The translations under genes and the position numbers were made by a program. From NCBI GenBank assembly GCA_025454835.1, contig JALONQ010000003.1:67273-131272 (forward strand): a stretch of 64,000 nucleotides of DNA. Direction: 5' to 3'. Under the pieces are notes generated by a model. The model was not told the DNA's origin. It made no database searches and worked only from the letters and a program-made list of their open reading frames with translations. Shown here one piece after another: positions 58,794-64,000 of the stretch (its first letter is position 1; every line of letters starts with the position of its first letter). The stretch comes from Bacteroidota bacterium. Lineage in GTDB: Bacteria; Bacteroidota; Ignavibacteria; UBA10030.

Positions 58794-59846
58794 ATGACGT
58801 GGGTCATTGCCATCGGCGCGGCAGCTTTGCTGTTCGTCGTCCTCATGTTTGCCAACCGGAGCATCGGCCGCAAGCTCCGCGCGCTGTCGTTGCGGACGGA
58901 CACCAAGGTCGACGACCTCCTGGCCGACGTGTTGAGTCGGACTAGTCCGCTCGTGCTGTTCGTCGTCTCAGCTATTGTCGGCACGCAGGCTCTGTCCCTG
59001 CGTCCGGGGGTCGAGTCGGCGCTCACGGAGGCGCTGTGGCTGGCGATCCTCCTGCAGGTCGGGTTCTGGGGAAACGGCGCGATCTCGTTCTGGTTGGAGC
59101 GGTCGATGCAGCAGGCGACGAGCGGACCGGTCGCCACCACGGCAACGATGTCGGCCATCGGGTTCGTTGCGCGTCTGGCGTTGTGGTCGATCGTTATCCT
59201 GGTCGGTCTCAGCAATCTTGGCGTTGACATCACCGGCCTCATCGCCGGCCTCGGCATCGGAGGCATCGCCGTCGCGCTGGCGTTGCAGAACGTCCTCGGC
59301 GACCTGTTCGCCTCGCTCTCGATCGTCCTCGACAAGCCGTTCGTCATCGGCGACTTCATCGTGGTGGACGAGTTGTCGGGTACGGTGGAGTATGTCGGCC
59401 TCAAGACGACACGGATCCGGTCGCTGTCGGGCGAACAGCTTATCGTATCGAACGCCGACCTGCTCCGAAGCCGCATCCGGAACCTGAAACGGATGGAGGA
59501 GCGCCGCGTGGTGTTCACCTTCAGCCTCACCTATCAGACGCCGACGGAGAAGCTTCAGCGCGTCAGCGAGATCGCCCGCGGCGTCATCGAGGCCCAACCG
59601 CAGGTCCGATTCGACCGGGCACACTTCAAAGCGTTTGGCGAGTCGGCGCTGGTGTTCGAGTGTGTGTACTTCGTACTCTCTCCGGACTACAATGTCTACA
59701 TGGATGTCCAGCAGACCATCAATATCGGTCTGGCGCGGGCGCTGAAGACAGAGGGGGTCGAGTTCGCATACCCGACGCGGACGCTGATCGTCAGGTCGGC
59801 TGAGTCGGTCGTGTCTGTTTCCGGGGCCGGCGGTCGTCCGGCGTGA
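58794..59846 (+). CDS. Mechanosensitive ion channel, MscS family
   Basis: Start probably at Met-15 (MTWVIAIG…) of ORF 58752..59846. The pore helix and beta-domain are present (…GLGIGGIAVALALQNVLGDLFASLSIVLDKPFVIGDFIVV…GTVEYVGLKTTRIRSLSGEQLIVSNADL…). Confidence 0.88.
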   Translation: MTWVIAIGAAALLFVVLMFANRSIGRKLRALSLRTDTKVDDLLADVLSRTSPLVLFVVSAIVGTQALSLRPGVESALTEALWLAILLQVGFWGNGAISFWLERSMQQATSGPVATTATMSAIGFVARLALWSIVILVGLSNLGVDITGLIAGLGIGGIAVALALQNVLGDLFASLSIVLDKPFVIGDFIVVDELSGTVEYVGLKTTRIRSLSGEQLIVSNADLLRSRIRNLKRMEERRVVFTFSLTYQTPTEKLQRVSEIARGVIEAQPQVRFDRAHFKAFGESALVFECVYFVLSPDYNVYMDVQQTINIGLARALKTEGVEFAYPTRTLIVRSAESVVSVSGAGGRPA

Positions 59847-59962
59847 ATACCCCGAGTCCTCGCTCGCTTCACGGAATCTTTTGCCTCCGCGCCGGTGTCG
59901 GCCGTTGATGCTTTTTGGCTTTGTTCTTGCACATTAATGACTGATTTTTCAGCCATAGCTTC

Positions 59963-62263
59963 GTGACACCTCTGCTACTCTATATTGTCTTCGGTGCCTT
60001 CGCGGCCGCCGTCATCGCGCCCCTCCTGGTGCGGTGGTTCGGTGACCGGGCCTCGGCCGTCCTGGCTATCGTCCCGGCGTCAGTGGTCGGCATCGTCTTC
60101 TTCATGCTGGGTCCGCCTCCCGACGGCCTTCTGCAGGCGACCATCCCGTGGATACCGTCACTCGGCATCGACCTCAGTTTCTGGGTGGACGGTCTGAGCA
60201 TCATCTTCGTCCTCCTCATCGCCGGCATCGGCACGGTCGTGCTTGTCTACGCCGGTGCCTACCTGCACGATCACCGCGACCTTGGTCGATTTCTGACGTG
60301 GATCATGGTCTTCATGGGGGCCATGCTTGGCCTCGTGACGAGCGGCAACCTGCTCACGCTCTTCCTCTTCTGGGAGCTGACGAGCATCAGTTCGTATTTC
60401 CTCATCGGCTTCCTGCATGACGATGCGGCCTCGCGCAAGTCCGCGCTTCAGGCGCTACTCATCACCGGCGCCGGGGGTCTGTCGCTGTTGGCGGGATTCA
60501 TCCTCCTCGGTTCGGCCGTCGGCTCCTACGAACTCTCTGCGATCCTCACGAGCGGAGACGCGTTCCGTTCGAGCGAATGGTACCTGCCCGGACTGTTGCT
60601 CATCCTGATCGGGGCCTTCACGAAGTCGGCGCAGGTCCCGTTCCACTTCTGGCTGCCGAATGCGATGGCGGCGCCGACGCCCGTGAGCGCCTATCTTCAC
60701 TCGGCGACGATGGTCAAAGCCGGCGTGTTCATGCTCGCGCGTCTGCATCCAGTGCTCAACGGAACGTCGGAGTTCCATGTGCTCGTCGGAACGGCCGGTG
60801 CCGCAACGATGATCCTTGGCGCCGTGTCGGCGTTCGGCCAGCGCGACCTGAAACGACTCCTTGCCTATACGACGGTGAGCGCGTTGGGCACCCTCGTGCT
60901 GCTTCTGGGGATTGGGACGGAGACGGCCGTTCAAGCGGCGATGGTCTTCCTACTCGCTCATGCTCTCTACAAAGGAGCGCTCTTCCTCACGGTCGGAATC
61001 GTGGACCATGAGACCGGCACGCGCGACGTGGAATCGCTCGGCGGTCTCTGGCGGATGATGCCAATGACGGCACTCGCGGCAACGCTGGCCGCGCTATCGA
61101 TGGCCGGACTCCCGCCGATGCTGGGGTTCATCGGCAAAGAACTGCTCTATGAAGCTAAGCTTGCGGCCCCATGGGCGCCGTGGACGATCACGGCGCTGGG
61201 CGTGACCGCGAACATTCTGACCGTCGCGGTCGCGGCGCTCATGACGCTCCGCACGTTCGGAGGTGCGTCATCCTCCGTTCGCACCGCACACGACCCTTCA
61301 TGGCAGATGTGGGGCGGCGTGGCATTGCTTGCCTCGTTGGGTTTCGCGGCCGGGATGGCGGCTGACCTGGTAGCGACCCATATCGTCGGTCCGGCCACAA
61401 CGGCGATCCGAGGTGAGCGCGTCGAGACATCGCTCGGCCTCTGGCACGGAGTGAATCCCGTGCTCCTGTTGAGTCTTGCGACACTCGCAAGCGGTGCGGC
61501 ACTCTATGCGCTGCATCGGCCGATCCGTCGCATGACGGCAGGGTGGCGGCCCTGGAAGGCAGAACGCGCGTATGACGCAGCGCTCGCGGGCATGCTCGCC
61601 TCGGCGCGCAAGCAGACTCTCTGGCTGCAATCGGGTCAGATCTCGACATACCTTGCCCTGACCCTCCTGGCGACGCTGCTGCTGGTGGGGTTGCCCATCC
61701 TGGCATTCTGGCCGCAGCTCTCGATGGTCGTCGCGATGGACCTGGCGCTCCTGCCGACCGTCATTGCCGGAATGATGGCCATTGCCGCATTCCTGGCCGT
61801 GCGCGCGAAAACGAGTCTCGGGAGCATCATTGCCCTCGGTGTCGTTGGCTATGGCATCGCGGTCCTCTTCCTGCTGTACAGCGCTCCCGATCTTGCCATG
61901 ACGCAATTCGCCGTTGAGACGCTGTCGGTGGTCCTGTTGATGCTGGTGGTGGCCAAGCTCCCGGAATTTCGCCAGATGGGGTCGCGTTCGACGCGCCTCT
62001 GGCAGGCGGGTCTTGCGGGAGCGGGTGGCGCGCTGATGACGCTTCTGGTGTTGTTCGTGACGGCAGAACCGGCGCGCATGACGCTGGCCACGTTCTACGG
62101 CGAGGCCTCCTACGCGTTGGCGAACGGCCGGAACATCGTCAACGTGATCCTTGTCGACTTCCGGGGTCTGGACACCTTGGGCGAGATCACCGTTCTCGGC
62201 ATCGCCGCATTGGGCGCGGTCGCGCTCCTCCGGCTTGTCGTCGACAAGGAGGATGGCCGATGA
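59963..62263 (+). CDS. mrpA: Na+/H+ antiporter Mrp/Mnh subunit A (MrpA, including MrpB-like C-terminal domain)
   Basis: 766 aa with a GTG start and a NuoL/MrpA-type membrane domain (…[15 protein letters not shown]…, …[16 protein letters not shown]…). Confidence 0.9.
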   Translation: MTPLLLYIVFGAFAAAVIAPLLVRWFGDRASAVLAIVPASVVGIVFFMLGPPPDGLLQATIPWIPSLGIDLSFWVDGLSIIFVLLIAGIGTVVLVYAGAYLHDHRDLGRFLTWIMVFMGAMLGLVTSGNLLTLFLFWELTSISSYFLIGFLHDDAASRKSALQALLITGAGGLSLLAGFILLGSAVGSYELSAILTSGDAFRSSEWYLPGLLLILIGAFTKSAQVPFHFWLPNAMAAPTPVSAYLHSATMVKAGVFMLARLHPVLNGTSEFHVLVGTAGAATMILGAVSAFGQRDLKRLLAYTTVSALGTLVLLLGIGTETAVQAAMVFLLAHALYKGALFLTVGIVDHETGTRDVESLGGLWRMMPMTALAATLAALSMAGLPPMLGFIGKELLYEAKLAAPWAPWTITALGVTANILTVAVAALMTLRTFGGASSSVRTAHDPSWQMWGGVALLASLGFAAGMAADLVATHIVGPATTAIRGERVETSLGLWHGVNPVLLLSLATLASGAALYALHRPIRRMTAGWRPWKAERAYDAALAGMLASARKQTLWLQSGQISTYLALTLLATLLLVGLPILAFWPQLSMVVAMDLALLPTVIAGMMAIAAFLAVRAKTSLGSIIALGVVGYGIAVLFLLYSAPDLAMTQFAVETLSVVLLMLVVAKLPEFRQMGSRSTRLWQAGLAGAGGALMTLLVLFVTAEPARMTLATFYGEASYALANGRNIVNVILVDFRGLDTLGEITVLGIAALGAVALLRLVVDKEDGR

Positions 62264-62667
62264 GATCGCTCATTCTCGCGTCGGCGACTCGCGTGCTTCT
62301 GCCTCTGCTCTGGCTCTTCTCCGTCTTCATCCTTCTGAGAGGACACAACGAGCCCGGCGGCGGATTCATCGGGGGTCTGGTCGCGGCGTCGGGCGTGGCG
62401 CTCTATGCGCTCGCCTTCGGTCCGGCCGCCGCCCGTCGCGTGCTGCCCGCGGACCCACGGACGCTCATCGCCATCGGTCTGGTTCTCGCCCTTGGAAGCG
62501 CGCTGATCTCCACGTTGGGAGGCGGCACGTTCATGACGGGCATGTGGAGTTCGTTCGCCATTCCGGTGATCGGCAAGGTCGGCACGCCGTTCTTGTTCGA
62601 TATTGGCGTCTACGTCGTGGTGGTCGGCATCGCCGTAGCGCTCGTCCTGACGATGGCGGAGGACTGA
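62260..62667 (+). CDS. mrpB: Na+/H+ antiporter Mrp subunit B
   Basis: 135 aa with a conserved [15 protein letters not shown] motif. It overlaps the mrpA stop. Confidence 0.85.
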   Translation: MRSLILASATRVLLPLLWLFSVFILLRGHNEPGGGFIGGLVAASGVALYALAFGPAAARRVLPADPRTLIAIGLVLALGSALISTLGGGTFMTGMWSSFAIPVIGKVGTPFLFDIGVYVVVVGIAVALVLTMAED

Positions 62668-62668
62668 C

Positions 62669-63052
62669 ATGCATCTCCTGCTCGCCATCCTCGTCGGGAT
62701 CCTCTACGCGTGCGGCCTGTATCTCATGATGCGGCGGAGCATGCTCAAGCTCGTCATCGGTCTCGGGCTGCTCGGTCACGCCGCCAATCTGCTCATCTTC
62801 ACGGCTGGCCGCGTTGTTCCCGGCGCCGTTCCGCTGATCCCGGAGGGGATGACCACACCCTCCGGTCCGATCGCCGACCCGGTTCCGCAGGCGCTCATCC
62901 TCACGGCCATCGTCATCGGTTTCGGTGTTCAGGCGTTCGCCATTCTCCTCGTGCGCCGGCTGGCCGAACGAACGAGGACGGACGACGTCCGGGAATTGAC
63001 GACGACCGAACAACTGGAAACTCAGACCGGAACCGGCAAGGGGGCCTCATGA
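62669..63052 (+). CDS. mrpC: Na+/H+ antiporter Mrp subunit C (NuoK-like)
   Basis: 127 aa with 3 TM helices (…[19 protein letters not shown]…). Confidence 0.8.
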   Translation: MHLLLAILVGILYACGLYLMMRRSMLKLVIGLGLLGHAANLLIFTAGRVVPGAVPLIPEGMTTPSGPIADPVPQALILTAIVIGFGVQAFAILLVRRLAERTRTDDVRELTTTEQLETQTGTGKGAS

Positions 63053-64000
63053 ACCTCCTGATCCTGCCGGTGCTTATTCCGCTGGCCGCGAGCATCATCA
63101 CGCTCTTCGCCCGCCGGTCGATAGCGCTTCAGCGTTCGGTCCATGTCGTGTCGTCGTTGGCGTCGCTCGCTGTGAGTGTGCTCCTCCTGGGGCGGGTCTG
63201 GTCCGGGGGCATCCAGGTGTTGGAGGTCGGCTCGTGGCCCGCGCCGTTCGGCATCACCTTCGTCGCCGACCTGCTGAGCGCGCTAATGGTGAGTGTCACG
63301 GCAGTCGTCTCCGTAGCGGTGGCCGTAACGTCGCTTGGCTCGATCGACGCGGCCCGGGAGAAGTTCGGTTATCACGGGTTCATCCTCGTCATGTTGGCTG
63401 GGGTCAACGGGGCCTTCCTGACGGGAGACCTGTTCAACCTCTATGTGTGGTTCGAAGTTCTGCTCATGGCGTCGTTCGTGCTGATGACGCTGGGGAACGA
63501 GCGCGGGCAGCTGGAGGGGGGCATGAAGTATGTCACGCTCAACCTCATGTCGTCCGCCCTGTTCCTGGCCGGCGTCGGCCTGCTCTATGCCGCGACCGGC
63601 AGTCTCAACATGGCCGAGCTGGCCTCGCTCGTGGGAAGGCCGGAACACTCCGCCATCGTGCCCGTCGTGGCAATGATGTTCCTGGTTGCGTTCGGCATCA
63701 AGGCCGCGATCTTTCCTCTCTTCTTCTGGCTGCCGGCATCGTATCACACGCCCCCTCCGGTGATCGCCGCGCTCTTCGCAGGCCTTCTGACGAAGGTCGG
63801 GGTCTATGCGCTGCTCCGGGTGTTCACGCTTCTGTTCCACCAGGAAGCGTGGCTCACGCACACCACGATCGTCGTGATCGCAGGCCTGACGATGCTGACG
63901 GGCGTTCTGGGTGCCGCCGCACAAACGGACATCCGCCGGATCCTCTCGTTCCACATCATCAGCCAGATCGGCTACATGATCCTGGGGCTTGGACTCTTCT
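63049..64000 (+). CDS. mrpD: Na+/H+ antiporter Mrp subunit D (NuoM/N-like), 5' partial within window
   Basis: ATG at 63049 overlaps the mrpC stop (ATGA). The protein has a NuoM/MrpD-like membrane domain (…[18 protein letters not shown]…, …[22 protein letters not shown]…). It runs off the window end. Confidence 0.85.
   Translation, partial: MNLLILPVLIPLAASIITLFARRSIALQRSVHVVSSLASLAVSVLLLGRVWSGGIQVLEVGSWPAPFGITFVADLLSALMVSVTAVVSVAVAVTSLGSIDAAREKFGYHGFILVMLAGVNGAFLTGDLFNLYVWFEVLLMASFVLMTLGNERGQLEGGMKYVTLNLMSSALFLAGVGLLYAATGSLNMAELASLVGRPEHSAIVPVVAMMFLVAFGIKAAIFPLFFWLPASYHTPPPVIAALFAGLLTKVGVYALLRVFTLLFHQEAWLTHTTIVVIAGLTMLTGVLGAAAQTDIRRILSFHIISQIGYMILGLGLF

Overview
High-GC (~65%) bacterial chromosomal window with a textbook replication-origin backbone. 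On the minus strand: gyrA, gyrB, a DUF721/DciA-like gene, recF, dnaN, dnaA. On the plus strand after the strand switch: rpmH, rnpA, yidD, yidC, mnmE, mnmG, rsmG, murQ, DUF2461, lon, dnaX. DnaA-box clusters lie on both sides of dnaA, and an AT-rich unwinding element sits in the dnaA-dnaN spacer. Most genes lack a Shine-Dalgarno sequence (rpmH is the exception), and a PorV-like barrel and other outer-membrane proteins are present. This fits an FCB-group-like lineage (Bacteroidota/Rhodothermota-like, or Gemmatimonadota-like), but the phylum cannot be resolved from sequence alone.

From about 23 kb the content becomes accessory and cell-envelope oriented:
- a C39-like cysteine peptidase next to a PorV-like barrel, then a GT1 glycosyltransferase, a Wzx flippase and a GT-C/DUF2079-like membrane protein;
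- a CHASE2-adenylate cyclase-TPR sensor;
- three co-oriented secreted/outer-membrane proteins of unknown function downstream of dxr-rseP;
- a TPR / DJ-1-ThuA-like / metallophosphoesterase operon;
- an ECF sigma/anti-sigma pair with envelope-repair genes (M14 carboxypeptidase, msrA, beta-lactamase-like serine hydrolase, beta-helix outer-membrane protein);
- pdxJ;
- an ion-homeostasis supercluster (TrkH/TrkA, a CPA antiporter, two MscS-type proteins, Mrp antiporter subunits A-D) with an amidohydrolase and a GNAT/C-N-hydrolase fusion embedded in it.

No tRNA or rRNA genes, CRISPR arrays, transposases or integrases were seen. No defence system can be supported from the sequence.

The strongest leads are:
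- an unusually structured array of phased 7-mer and 8-mer repeats in the pdxJ/oxidoreductase convergent spacer;
- a 15-nt exact motif (GTTTCACGTGGAACA) repeated at two junctions of the mnmE-mnmG-rsmG operon;
- a GNAT/nitrilase fusion whose nitrilase triad appears degenerate (Lys to Gln, Cys to Gly);
- a lysine/alanine/proline-rich histone-H1-like tail on GyrA;
- a possibly new peptidase-plus-shuttle-barrel module (C39-like + PorV-like) next to glycan export genes.

All functional calls are from motif recognition by eye. No database searches were run.
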